Shown: positions 10,181 through 21,479 of the stretch, in pieces
Numbering within the stretch: the stretch's first letter is position 1
How the letters are laid out: each line of letters starts with the position of its first letter
Source of the DNA: Alphaproteobacteria bacterium
Lineage (GTDB): Bacteria > Pseudomonadota > Alphaproteobacteria > Caulobacterales > Caulobacteraceae
Direction: 5' to 3'
Assembly (NCBI GenBank): GCA_043734425.1
Contig: JAYTFM010000020.1
Coordinates: 50,060-114,059 of the forward strand
DNA length: 64,000 nt
Position numbers and translations under genes: made by a program
Notes under the pieces: model-generated
Databases searched by the model: none
The model's input: only the letters and a program-made list of their open reading frames with translations
Told to the model about the DNA's origin: nothing

Positions 10181-11536
10181 ATGCTGAAGACCGCGCCCCC
10201 TCAAGCCACTGCCCGGCCTCAGCCCTCCAAGCGGGACAGTCGGGATGGACTGAAGGCGGCCCTGGCGCCGCCGAAGATCATTGCGGCCGTGGACCTTGGC
10301 GCGTCGAAGGTCACCTGCTTCATCATGAAGCCCGAGGGCGTGCGTCGCGGCGACCGCACCCTGACCACCTGCGGCGTGGGATATGTCCAGTCGCGCGGCG
10401 TGCGCGGCGGGGCCATTGTCAATCTGGATGAGGCGTCCGACGCCATTGCCCAGGCGGTCGAGCGGGCGGAGAATGTGGCCGGCGTCAATGTTCAGGGCGT
10501 GACCGTGGCGACCGCCGGCGGCCAGCTCAGTTCCAGTCGGGTCACCGGCCGGGTGTCCATCGGCGCGCGGCCAATCAGCGACAACGACCTTGTCCGTGCG
10601 ATCCAGAACGCGTTGGCCCAGATCAAGCTGCCGGGTCGCCGCGCTATCCACATTCTGCCCGTCGCCTGGTCGGTGGACGGTCAGGGTGGCGTGCGCGATC
10701 CCCGCGCCATGTATGGCAAGGCGTTGGGCGTGGAACTGCTGGTCGTCTCGGTGGCCGAGACGGTGTTCAACACCCTCGGCGCCTGCGTCGAGCGCGCGCA
10801 CCTGCAGCTGGACGGCGTCGTCGCTGCGCCGTTTGTTTCAGCCCTCGCGGCGCTGGAGGAAGACGAAATGGACCTGGGCGCGGTCTGCATCGACATGGGC
10901 GGCGGTTCGACGTCGGCCGCCGTATTCCGGGGCGGCAGCTTGATCCATGTCGAAACCGTACCCGTGGGTGGACAGCATGTGACCCAGGATGTGGCTCGGG
11001 GCCTCTCAACCTCGATCGTCGGCGCGGAGCGCATCAAGACCTTGCACGGCTCAGCCATCGCCTCGGCCAATGAGGATCGCGAGATGATTGAAGCGCCGCC
11101 GCGGGGTGATGACCCAGGCGCGGGACCGGTCGTCGCGCCGCGCTCGCTACTCAAGGGCATCATCGCGCCTCGGGTGGAGGAAACCCTAGAACTCCTGCGG
11201 GATCGCTTGAAGGCCTCCGGCGCGCCCATTGAACCCGGCGCGGGTCTAGTGCTGACGGGCGGCGCCAGCCAGCTGGCCGGCGTGCGTGAAGTCGCCGTGC
11301 GGGTGTTCGACCGCCCCGTTCGCCTGGGCCGGCCCCGCCGGGTGCCGCATCTGGCCGACGCCGCCTCGGGTCCGGCCTTCACGGCCGCTGCGGGCGTTTT
11401 GCACAGGGCGGCCTTTGGTCCGCGTGAGGCGGTGTCCACCAAGGCGCTGACGTCAGCAAAGCTCAAGCGCGAGCCCCTCGATCCTCGCGCCAATCCGGTG
11501 GCCAAGGCCGCTCAGTGGCTGATTGAGAACCTCTGA
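10181..11536 (+). CDS. ftsA: Cell division protein FtsA
   Basis: VDLGASKV, IDMGGGST, AERIK, LTGGASQL, C-terminal amphipathic helix KAAQWLIENL. Confidence 0.96.
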   Translation: MLKTAPPQATARPQPSKRDSRDGLKAALAPPKIIAAVDLGASKVTCFIMKPEGVRRGDRTLTTCGVGYVQSRGVRGGAIVNLDEASDAIAQAVERAENVAGVNVQGVTVATAGGQLSSSRVTGRVSIGARPISDNDLVRAIQNALAQIKLPGRRAIHILPVAWSVDGQGGVRDPRAMYGKALGVELLVVSVAETVFNTLGACVERAHLQLDGVVAAPFVSALAALEEDEMDLGAVCIDMGGGSTSAAVFRGGSLIHVETVPVGGQHVTQDVARGLSTSIVGAERIKTLHGSAIASANEDREMIEAPPRGDDPGAGPVVAPRSLLKGIIAPRVEETLELLRDRLKASGAPIEPGAGLVLTGGASQLAGVREVAVRVFDRPVRLGRPRRVPHLADAASGPAFTAAAGVLHRAAFGPREAVSTKALTSAKLKREPLDPRANPVAKAAQWLIENL

Positions 11537-11601
11537 GCTGCAGAATTTCGGTGATGGGCCGATCTGGTTGAAAAACACTGCAGCCAAGCTCGACGCCCGT
11601 C

Positions 11602-11664
11602 CGACTCAGCTTATGCGGTTAACCCTCGATTAACGGTGTCGGCGCGTACTTAACGCATCGTTAC
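11602..11664 (+). promoter_or_regulatory. ftsZ promoter region: GANTC (CGACTC) site plus CtrA boxes
   Basis: CGACTC at 11602-11607; perfect TTAA-CCCTCGA-TTAAC at 11619-11634; second TTAA-CGCATCG-TTAC at 11650-11664. Confidence 0.85.
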
Positions 11665-11728
11665 TGCGGCGCGTCGGCAGGGGTGCGCTCGGTATCGAAG
11701 ACCGCATTCTGGGGAAGGACGCCCGTTC

Positions 11729-13210
11729 ATGGCCATCTCGCTTTCAGCGCCGCGCGCGACGGAACTCAAGCCGCGCATTGTCGTGTTTGGTATCGGCGGC
11801 GCCGGCGGCAACGCCGTCAACAATATGATCGACGCCGGCCTTGAAGGGGTCGAGTTTGTCGTCGCCAACACTGACGCCCAGCAGCTCTCATTCTCCAAGA
11901 CCGACCAGCGGGTTCAGCTGGGCGTAACGGTCACCCAAGGCCTCGGGGCCGGCGCCCATCCGGAAGTCGGCATGAGCGCGGCCGAGGAGAGCATCCCGGA
12001 GATCGGCGAGCATTTGGACGGCGCGCACATGGTGTTCATCACCGCCGGCATGGGCGGCGGCACCGGCACCGGCGCAGCTCCGATCATCGCCAAGTGCGCC
12101 CGCGAGCGGGGCATTCTGACGGTCGGCGTGGTCACCAAGCCCTTCCACTTCGAAGGCCGCCACCGGATGCGCCTGGCCGACGCCGGCATTGGCGAGTTGC
12201 AGCGCTATGTCGACACCTTGATTGTCATTCCCAACCAGAACCTGTTCCGGGTCGCCAACGAACGCACCACATTTGCCGAAGCCTTCGGCATGGCCGACCA
12301 GGTGCTGCACTCGGGCGTCCGGTCGATCACCGATCTGATGGTCCTGCCCGGCCTGATCAACCTCGACTTCGCCGACGTGCGCACGGTGATGACCGAGATG
12401 GGCAAGGCGATGATGGGCACCGGGGAAGCCACCGGCGAGGACCGCGCCCTGATGGCCGCCCAGAACGCCATCCAGAACCCGCTGCTGGACGAGGTTTCTC
12501 TGAAGGGCGCCAAGGCAGTGCTGGTCAATGTCACCGGGGGCCTGGACATGACGCTGCTGGAGGTCGACGAGGCCGCCAACGCCATCTCCGAGCAGGTCGA
12601 TCCCGAGGCCAATATCATCTTCGGCGCGGCCTTCGATCCGGCCCTGGACGGCATGATCCGCGTGTCCGTCGTCGCCACTGGCATGGACGGCGCCTCCATC
12701 GCCGCCATTGAACCCAAGCTGGAGCGCCGGCCCCTTCAGGTCGAGCCCTTGCTCGCCGCTGTGACGCCGAGACCGGAACCGGTTCGGGAAGCGGCGCCTG
12801 TGCTGGAGCCGGCCTATGCCGAGCAGGCGCCGCTCGCCGCCCGCGAGGAAGAGCAACCCGACATCTTCGCGGCCGCGCAGGCGACACTGGTGGCCAGCGC
12901 GGGACCGACGATTGTTCCGCCGATCGTGCGGATCATTGATCCTGAGGTGGCTGAGCCGGCCGATCTGGATAACGAAGGCCCTCTCTTCGCCGAACCGGCC
13001 TACGAACCGCGGCGGCCCCGAGGCGGGTTCCTCAGCATGTTCAGCGGTCGGCCGCGCTATGACTCGGCGCCTAGCGCCCCCTCCGCCAGGCCGAGTCCGG
13101 CCCCTGTCCGAGGGGGCGCTCAGCCGATGGAGGCGGTGGCTCCGGCGGATGAAGCCGACGCCGGCGAAGATCTGGAGATCCCCTCGTTCCTGCGCCGCCT
13201 GGCCAATTAG
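11729..13210 (+). CDS. ftsZ: Cell division protein FtsZ
   Basis: [26 protein letters not shown]; long linker; C-terminal [12 protein letters not shown]. Confidence 0.99.
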   Translation: MAISLSAPRATELKPRIVVFGIGGAGGNAVNNMIDAGLEGVEFVVANTDAQQLSFSKTDQRVQLGVTVTQGLGAGAHPEVGMSAAEESIPEIGEHLDGAHMVFITAGMGGGTGTGAAPIIAKCARERGILTVGVVTKPFHFEGRHRMRLADAGIGELQRYVDTLIVIPNQNLFRVANERTTFAEAFGMADQVLHSGVRSITDLMVLPGLINLDFADVRTVMTEMGKAMMGTGEATGEDRALMAAQNAIQNPLLDEVSLKGAKAVLVNVTGGLDMTLLEVDEAANAISEQVDPEANIIFGAAFDPALDGMIRVSVVATGMDGASIAAIEPKLERRPLQVEPLLAAVTPRPEPVREAAPVLEPAYAEQAPLAAREEEQPDIFAAAQATLVASAGPTIVPPIVRIIDPEVAEPADLDNEGPLFAEPAYEPRRPRGGFLSMFSGRPRYDSAPSAPSARPSPAPVRGGAQPMEAVAPADEADAGEDLEIPSFLRRLAN

Positions 13211-13249
13211 GCGCGCCGATCCGCTCGATATCGTCCGCTGGATGACGTC

Positions 13250-13285
13250 ACGCCGTCGGGTGATGCCGGCGGCGTTCTCGTTTCT
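13250..13285 (+). terminator. Putative intrinsic terminator after ftsZ
   Basis: ACGCCGTCGG-gtgatg-CCGGCGGCGT stem followed by pyrimidine-rich TCTCGTTTCT. Confidence 0.55.
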
Positions 13286-13461
13286 CCCCGAATTCTAAAT
13301 CTATAGTGACCTCAAGCACTTGGGGTTAGCGCCGATCAGCGCTTCCTGAACGGAAACATTGCGAAACAGCAAGTGTTTTGCTGCGTTGCGGCGCAAAGCC
13401 TAGCAGCGCGTTAGGGGCAAGGTCGGCCATCGCGCCGCAGTTCGTTGCAGGAAGGTCCGCC

Positions 13462-14355
13462 TTGGCCGCACCACCATTTCAGCACACCGTCAAAGCGCCG
13501 GCCCTCTTCGCAGGTGTGGGCGTCCACACCGGCGTCTATACACGCGCGGCCGTTCGCTCTGCGTCTCCGAACAGCGGCATCGTCTTCATTCGCACCGACG
13601 TTACGGATCGCGACAATCGCGTGCCCGCGACGGGCGCGGCGGTCTGCAAGACCCAGCTGGGCACTGTGATCGGTAACGCCGTCGGCGTCACCGTCTCGAC
13701 CATCGAGCACTTGATGGCGGCTCTGGCCATGCTGGGCATCGACAACGCCGCCGTCGAGATCGATGGACCCGAGATGCCGATCATGGACGGCTCGGCCGAG
13801 CCCTTCGTGCGCGTGCTGGACCGGGCGGGCCTGCGCGAACAGGCCGCGCCGCGCCGGTATGTCGAGATTGTTGAGCGCATCGAGGTCGTGGACGGCGACA
13901 AGCGCGCCAGCCTCGCGCCGTCCGACCATTTTGAGATGGCCTTCGAGATTCGGTTCGACAGCGCCGCCATCGGCCGCCAGCGCATCGACCTGTCGATGGA
14001 TGAGGCGGCCTTCCGCGCGGAACTCTCCAACTGCCGCACCTTCGGCTTCCTGCATGAAGTCGAAGCCCTGCGCGCCATGGGGCTGGCGCGAGGCGGATCT
14101 ATGGAGAACGTCGTGGTTATTGATGGCGATCGGGTGCTCAATCCAGAAGGCCTGCGCCGGCCGGATGAGTTCGTGCGACACAAGGCGCTCGACGCCATCG
14201 GCGATCTCTATGTCCTCGGCGGCCCCCTGCTGGGCCGATTCGAAGGTATTCTGGCCGGACACGGACTGAACAACGCGGTCGTGCGGGCCCTGCTCGCGCG
14301 TCCGCAAGCCTGGCGTTGGCGGACCTTTGCTGAGGACCTGCGTCAGGCGGTCTGA
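13462..14355 (+). CDS. lpxC: UDP-3-O-acyl-GlcNAc deacetylase
   Basis: QHTVK, GVGVHTG, TIEHLMAAL, PIMDGSA, RHKALDAIGDL, GH; TTG start chosen from AGGAAGG upstream. Confidence 0.95.
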   Translation: MAAPPFQHTVKAPALFAGVGVHTGVYTRAAVRSASPNSGIVFIRTDVTDRDNRVPATGAAVCKTQLGTVIGNAVGVTVSTIEHLMAALAMLGIDNAAVEIDGPEMPIMDGSAEPFVRVLDRAGLREQAAPRRYVEIVERIEVVDGDKRASLAPSDHFEMAFEIRFDSAAIGRQRIDLSMDEAAFRAELSNCRTFGFLHEVEALRAMGLARGGSMENVVVIDGDRVLNPEGLRRPDEFVRHKALDAIGDLYVLGGPLLGRFEGILAGHGLNNAVVRALLARPQAWRWRTFAEDLRQAV

Positions 14356-14430
14356 CCGCCGTTTGCGCCACCTGCGGGGTAGTGTAGAAGCGTCTTCCGC
14401 GTGGGGGCGGGTCTGTCCTTTGAGGTGAAG

Positions 14431-15423
14431 GTGTCCTTGTTCCGCCAATCCGCCCGCATTGCTCTTGTCGCCATGGCCTGCGTGGTGGCGCTCTCCGCCT
14501 GCGCGGGCAACAAGAAGAGCAAACCGCATCTGGCCTATCTCGAACGGCCGGTCGAGCTGCTCTATGCGACCGGCGCGAATCGCCTGGATCGCCGGCAATG
14601 GAACCAGGCGGTCGGCTATTTCCAGGAAGTCGAACGCCAGCACCCTTATTCGGAGTGGTCGCGCCGTTCGATACTGATGCAGGCCTACGCCCACTATCAG
14701 TCGAATGACTACCCCGAGGCGGTCGGTGATGCGGAGCGTTTCATCCAGCTTTACCCAGGCAATCCCACGGCCGCCTACGCCCACTACATCAAGGCGATCT
14801 GCTATTTCGAACAGATCGTCGATGTGAACCGCGACCAGGCCGCCACCGGTCAGGCCCTCGACAGCCTGCGCAGCGTGGTCCAGCGCTATCCGCGTTCGGA
14901 ATATGCCCAGGATTCGCGCCTGAAGATCGACATGGTCAACGACCAGCTGGCCGGCAAGGAGATGACCGTTGGCCGCTGGTATCTTCGCAGCGGCGACACA
15001 CTCTCGGCGGCCAATCGGTTCAGGACCGTGGTGGACCGCTATCAGACGACAACCCACACGCCGGAAGCGCTGTATCGACTGGTGGAGACCTATCTGACGC
15101 TCGGCCTGTTGGATGAGGCTAAGCGCAATGGCGCCGTGCTCGGCTATAACTATCCGGGCGATGTCTGGTATTCCGACGCCTACCGCTTGCTGACCTCCAA
15201 GGGTCTGAAGCCGTCGATCGAACCGAAGGCTGGCGGCAAGCGCGGGCTGCTGCGGTTGCCGTTCCGCAAGGATAAGAACGAAACCGTCCGCCCGCCGGTC
15301 ACGTCAGACGCCCAGAGTTCCGCCACCGAGACCGCCGCCAAGACCACCGGCGCGGCCGAGGTCATTCCTGAGCCACGCACCAAGCGCAAGCTGTTCCGCC
15401 TGCCGTTCGGCAAGAAGGGCTGA
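14431..15423 (+). CDS. bamD: Outer membrane protein assembly factor BamD
   Basis: Lipobox LSAC; TPR helices, EVERQHPYS, EALYRLVETY, LGYNYP; lpxC-bamD-recN synteny; start approximate. Confidence 0.93.
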   Translation: MSLFRQSARIALVAMACVVALSACAGNKKSKPHLAYLERPVELLYATGANRLDRRQWNQAVGYFQEVERQHPYSEWSRRSILMQAYAHYQSNDYPEAVGDAERFIQLYPGNPTAAYAHYIKAICYFEQIVDVNRDQAATGQALDSLRSVVQRYPRSEYAQDSRLKIDMVNDQLAGKEMTVGRWYLRSGDTLSAANRFRTVVDRYQTTTHTPEALYRLVETYLTLGLLDEAKRNGAVLGYNYPGDVWYSDAYRLLTSKGLKPSIEPKAGGKRGLLRLPFRKDKNETVRPPVTSDAQSSATETAAKTTGAAEVIPEPRTKRKLFRLPFGKKG

Positions 15424-15502
15424 ACCGCTCTCCGGTTCGGCCCGATCAGATCACGCCGATCGCCCCTTCAAACGCGGTTGATTCCGTACGATCCTGCCGG
15501 CG

Positions 15503-17200
15503 ATGCTGATCGGGTTGCAAATCCGCGATGTGGTGCTGATCGAGGCGCTGGACCTGTCCATCGGGCCGGGCCTTACTGCGCTGACCGGCGAGACCGGGGC
15601 CGGCAAGTCGATCATCCTGGACGCTCTAGGCTTGGCCACCGGCGCGCGCGGCGAGGCGGGGCTCGTACGCCGAGGCGCTGTTCAGGCGGTGGCTACGGCG
15701 GTCTTCGCGCCGGCCATCAACCATCCGGTCTGGGCGATCCTCGAGGACAAGGGCCTAGCTTACGCGCGCGATGAGGATCTGGTCCTGCGCCGGACGATCT
15801 CGGCGGATGGTCGCAGTCGCGCGTTCGTGAACGATCAGGCGACTGGCGTTGGCGTTCTGCGCGAACTGGGAGACGCCCTGTTGGAGGTGCATGGCCAGCA
15901 TGAGACCGTGGGTCTCCTCGATGCGCGCACCCACCGGCCGATCCTGGACGTCTTCGGCGACCTCGCGGTTTCGGTCCAGGCGGTCGCTGATGCCTGGAGG
16001 ACCTGGCGCGGGCAGGCGGAGCGGGTCGAGATGCTGCGGGCTGAGGCCGGGCGGTCAGCGGCTGAGGTCGAAGATCTTACCCTTCGCCTTTCCGAGCTTG
16101 ACCGGCTGGATCCCCGCCAGGGCGAGGAGATCGAGCTTGCGGAGGCCCGCGCTGTGCTGGGCGCGGCCGAAAAGGCGCTGGCCGACATCGAAGCGGCGCG
16201 CGCGGTCTTCGAGGGCCTGGGACCTCGCGTGGCCGGCGCCATCCGAGCCCTGGCGCGTGCGCGTGAGCGTGCGGTGATGGCTGGGGCCGCCGCGGAGGGC
16301 GCTGCGGCACTGCGCCTCTCAGCTGCAGCCGACGCCTTGGACCGGGTCCTCACTGAGGCCGGAGAGGCCGAGACCGCTATCGACGCCGCCGCTGCGGCCT
16401 TCGCCTTTGAGCCAGACCGATTGGAGAAGACCGAGGAACGCCTGTTCGACCTTCGCGGCCTTGCTCGCAAGTTGTCGGCGACGGTGGAAGATCTTCCCGA
16501 CCTGCGGATTAGCTTCGCCGAACGCTTGCGGGCGATTGAAACGTCGGAAGGCCAACTCCAGAAGGGCGAGGCCGACTTGGCGCGGGTGCAGAAAGCTTAT
16601 CTGGAGGCCGCGTCCCGGCTGACGGCCGCGCGCCGCGCCGCTGGTGACCAGTTGGCGACGGTGGTCATGGCCGAACTCGCGCCGCTCAAGCTGGACAAGG
16701 CCCGGTTTCGGGTGGCGGTCGAGGTGCTCGCGGAGGACCGGGCTGGACCCTCCGGTCTCGACCGCGTCGGCTTTGAGATTTCCACCCTGCCAGGTGCGCC
16801 GTTCGGCGGGCTGGCGGCGATCGCCTCCGGCGGCGAGCTGGCCCGTTTTGCGCTGGCGCTCAAGGCTGTGCTGGCCGAACGCGATGTGGCGGCCCAGCCG
16901 CTGATGATTTTCGATGAAGTGGACCAGGGGGTGGGCGGCGCCGTGGCCGATGCGGTGGGCGCGCGCCTGAAACGGCTCGCGGCGCAGGCCCAGGTGCTGG
17001 TGGTGACGCACAGTCCCCAGGTCGCCGCCCGCGCGGACGCCCACTGGCGCATCGCCAAGGCCGGCGAAGGCGAGCGCGTGCGCACCACCGTTGAGCTGCT
17101 GGGCGCCAAGGAGCGCGAAGAAGAGATCGCCAGAATGCTGGCCGGCGCGCAGATCACCGACGCCGCGCGCGCCGCCGCCAGGGCGCTGATGAATGCGTAG
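15503..17200 (+). CDS. recN: DNA repair protein RecN
   Basis: TGETGAGKS, HGQH, ASGGE, IFDEVDQG, VTHSPQVAA. Confidence 0.97.
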   Translation: MLIGLQIRDVVLIEALDLSIGPGLTALTGETGAGKSIILDALGLATGARGEAGLVRRGAVQAVATAVFAPAINHPVWAILEDKGLAYARDEDLVLRRTISADGRSRAFVNDQATGVGVLRELGDALLEVHGQHETVGLLDARTHRPILDVFGDLAVSVQAVADAWRTWRGQAERVEMLRAEAGRSAAEVEDLTLRLSELDRLDPRQGEEIELAEARAVLGAAEKALADIEAARAVFEGLGPRVAGAIRALARARERAVMAGAAAEGAAALRLSAAADALDRVLTEAGEAETAIDAAAAAFAFEPDRLEKTEERLFDLRGLARKLSATVEDLPDLRISFAERLRAIETSEGQLQKGEADLARVQKAYLEAASRLTAARRAAGDQLATVVMAELAPLKLDKARFRVAVEVLAEDRAGPSGLDRVGFEISTLPGAPFGGLAAIASGGELARFALALKAVLAERDVAAQPLMIFDEVDQGVGGAVADAVGARLKRLAAQAQVLVVTHSPQVAARADAHWRIAKAGEGERVRTTVELLGAKEREEEIARMLAGAQITDAARAAARALMNA

Positions 17201-17212
17201 GGTCTTTAGGTT

Positions 17213-19441
<2,229 letters not shown>

Positions 19442-19482
19442 CGGGCGGGGTTCGGTGCAAGTTGGATCCCTCCCCCTCGGCT

Positions 19483-19638
19483 CGTCATCCCCGGCCAAGG
19501 ACCCCGAACTCGTTTCGGGGGACGCCGTGCCGGGGATCCATACGCACTGGTCTGGCCGGACGCCCCCGAGCCGACGTTTCGGGGTATATCGGCAGGCCTC
19601 AGCGTTTGCAGGTCACCCGAACAAGTCGGGTGATGACG
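19483..19638. repeat. CGTC-type REP doublet (REPIN-like)
   Basis: CGTCATCCCCGGCCAAGG...GCCGGGGATCCA ... GGTCACCCGAACAAGTCGGGTGATGACG; homologous to 48463-48608; between convergent genes. Confidence 0.85.
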
Positions 19639-19698
19639 GACATGCTGTGAGCTTGTGGGTTTCGGAACGGCGCGAGGCGACGTGGTCCATGCCCTGCC

Positions 19699-20649
19699 CT
19701 ATGCCGGCTGCGCCGCCGTGGCCGGCACCCGGCTGATCTCCGCCGTCCATAGATCGGTCCCAGCGGTGTCGATCCAGCGCACCTTCAGGACATCGCCGGC
19801 GATCTCCAAGGTGGCAAACCCGGCGGCGCCCTTGGCGAACTGCGTTCCGGCCACCCATTGATCCTTCGGCTTGACCGGCCTTGGCGCAGCCCCGCCGCCC
19901 GAAACGATGTAGTGCAGCGGGCCGTCCACAATGTGCTGCAGGTCATGGTCGTGGCCGCAGATGTAGGCCTGCACGCCGGCCGCTTCGAGCTTCGGCTTCA
20001 GCCAGGTGATCAGGGCGGCGTTGCTACCGTGAACGCTGCCATTCGAGAAGATCGCATGGTGGCCAACCACCAGCTTCCAGTCCGCGTCGGACGCTTTCAG
20101 CGCCGGCTCGAACCAGGCGATCTGGGCCTCCCGCAGTGCTGTCTCGCCCGACTTGACGCTGAGGTGCAGCGTGGTGTCGAAGGCGAACAGGTCTAGAGCG
20201 CGTCCGCCGGGCAGGGCGATGCGCTGGACATAGTGCCTGGCCGGCATCCGCCAGCGCGGGCTTAGGGCGCTGTAGGCGACCTGGGCGTCTGGGTTGGCGC
20301 TGCCCTGGTAGTCGTGATTGCCCAACACCGGATACCACGGCACCTGCAACGATGGCGCGTCATAGACGCTCTCGAAGGACTCCTGCCAGTGGCTGTCCGA
20401 AGTCGAGGCGACGCCCGTGCTGTAGAAATTGTCACCGACCGTGATGATGAAGCGTGCGCCGATCTGCTCGGCCGTGCGACCCATCTGGGCGGCGACGGCC
20501 CGCTGGACGATGGAGCCGCGCTGTCCCCAGTCGCCCAACGCCAGAAAGGTCAGCGCCGGACTGGACTTCGCGCCCGCCGGCCAGCTCGCCGCCAGCGCCG
20601 CCGAGGCCCCGGCCAGCAAGACCTCGCGCCGGTGAAGCGTCCCGGTCAT
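19699..20649 (-). CDS. Tat-exported purple/tartrate-resistant acid phosphatase-like metallophosphoesterase
   Basis: HRREVL twin-arginine signal; GDWG, GDNFY, GNHD, GHH, GHDH metal motifs. Confidence 0.9.
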   Translation of the reverse strand: MTGTLHRREVLLAGASAALAASWPAGAKSSPALTFLALGDWGQRGSIVQRAVAAQMGRTAEQIGARFIITVGDNFYSTGVASTSDSHWQESFESVYDAPSLQVPWYPVLGNHDYQGSANPDAQVAYSALSPRWRMPARHYVQRIALPGGRALDLFAFDTTLHLSVKSGETALREAQIAWFEPALKASDADWKLVVGHHAIFSNGSVHGSNAALITWLKPKLEAAGVQAYICGHDHDLQHIVDGPLHYIVSGGGAAPRPVKPKDQWVAGTQFAKGAAGFATLEIAGDVLKVRWIDTAGTDLWTAEISRVPATAAQPA

Positions 20650-21479
20650 GCCCGCGCCGTCACGATCCAGGTGGCCGAGCCCAGCTTGACGCCGTCCGGC
20701 CCCTCGTGCGCCGCCAGAACGTCGCGGACGGCGCCGATGACGGTGTCGCGCTTGTCTGGATGTTCGCGCAGCAGGGCGCCCAGCGGGCCGACCTTCAACG
20801 CCAGCTCCAGCGCCATGTCCAGGTCACCGCCGCCGATCTTCTCGTCGTGCGGCGTCAGAGCAACGTCCCGGAATCCAGCGTCTCCCAGAATACCGCGCAC
20901 GCGGTCCGGGTCAGCGAAGGCGAAGGGCCCCGGCGCACCCGGTTCAGGCGGCGGCGGGGGTGGAAGATGCGCCAGGGCGGCGGCCATCGGCAGGGTCATG
21001 ATCGGGTTCTCGTCGGGCCGGCGCCAGCAGACGAAGGCAAGCCGCCCGTCCGGCTTCAGCGCCGCGCGCAGATTGGCGAAGGCCGCCGCCGGGTCGGCAA
21101 AGAACATCACCCCGAACCGCGAGAACAGGGCGTCGAAGCTGGCGGGCTGGAACCGATAGGTCTGGGCATCGGCCTCAAGGAATTTCACGCCCTCTACGCC
21201 CTCGGACCGCGAGCGCGCGAGCGCCAGCAGGGTTGCAGAGATATCCAGACCGGTCACGCCGCCGCCTGGCGCTACGATGGCCGCCAGTTGGAGGGTCGTC
21301 GCGCCTGCGCCGCAGCCGATGTCGATCACCTGTTCACCGGGGCGCAACGCCAGTGCCGCCATCGCCGCGCGGCCCAGCGGTTCGAGCTGGCGGTCGAGCG
21401 GGCTCTGCATCGCCGCCCAGGTCGGGCCGGCGGTCTCGTTCCAGTAGGTCGACTGGGCCGCGTTCGGAGCGTCGCTCAT
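20646..21479 (-). CDS. Class I SAM-dependent methyltransferase
   Basis: VIDIGCGAG, SRFGVMFFADP, PGPFAFAD; translationally coupled to pepP (TGATG) and to the phosphatase (ATGA). Confidence 0.9.
   Translation of the reverse strand: MSDAPNAAQSTYWNETAGPTWAAMQSPLDRQLEPLGRAAMAALALRPGEQVIDIGCGAGATTLQLAAIVAPGGGVTGLDISATLLALARSRSEGVEGVKFLEADAQTYRFQPASFDALFSRFGVMFFADPAAAFANLRAALKPDGRLAFVCWRRPDENPIMTLPMAAALAHLPPPPPPEPGAPGPFAFADPDRVRGILGDAGFRDVALTPHDEKIGGGDLDMALELALKVGPLGALLREHPDKRDTVIGAVRDVLAAHEGPDGVKLGSATWIVTARA

Noticed and set aside
13350-13392. Imperfect palindrome CAGCAA...TTGCTG upstream of lpxC
   Set aside because: Short and not assignable to a regulator; could be chance
15424-15502. Expected LexA box upstream of recN
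   Set aside because: No GTTC-N7-GTTC match with correct spacing; only GATC/GTTC half-sites
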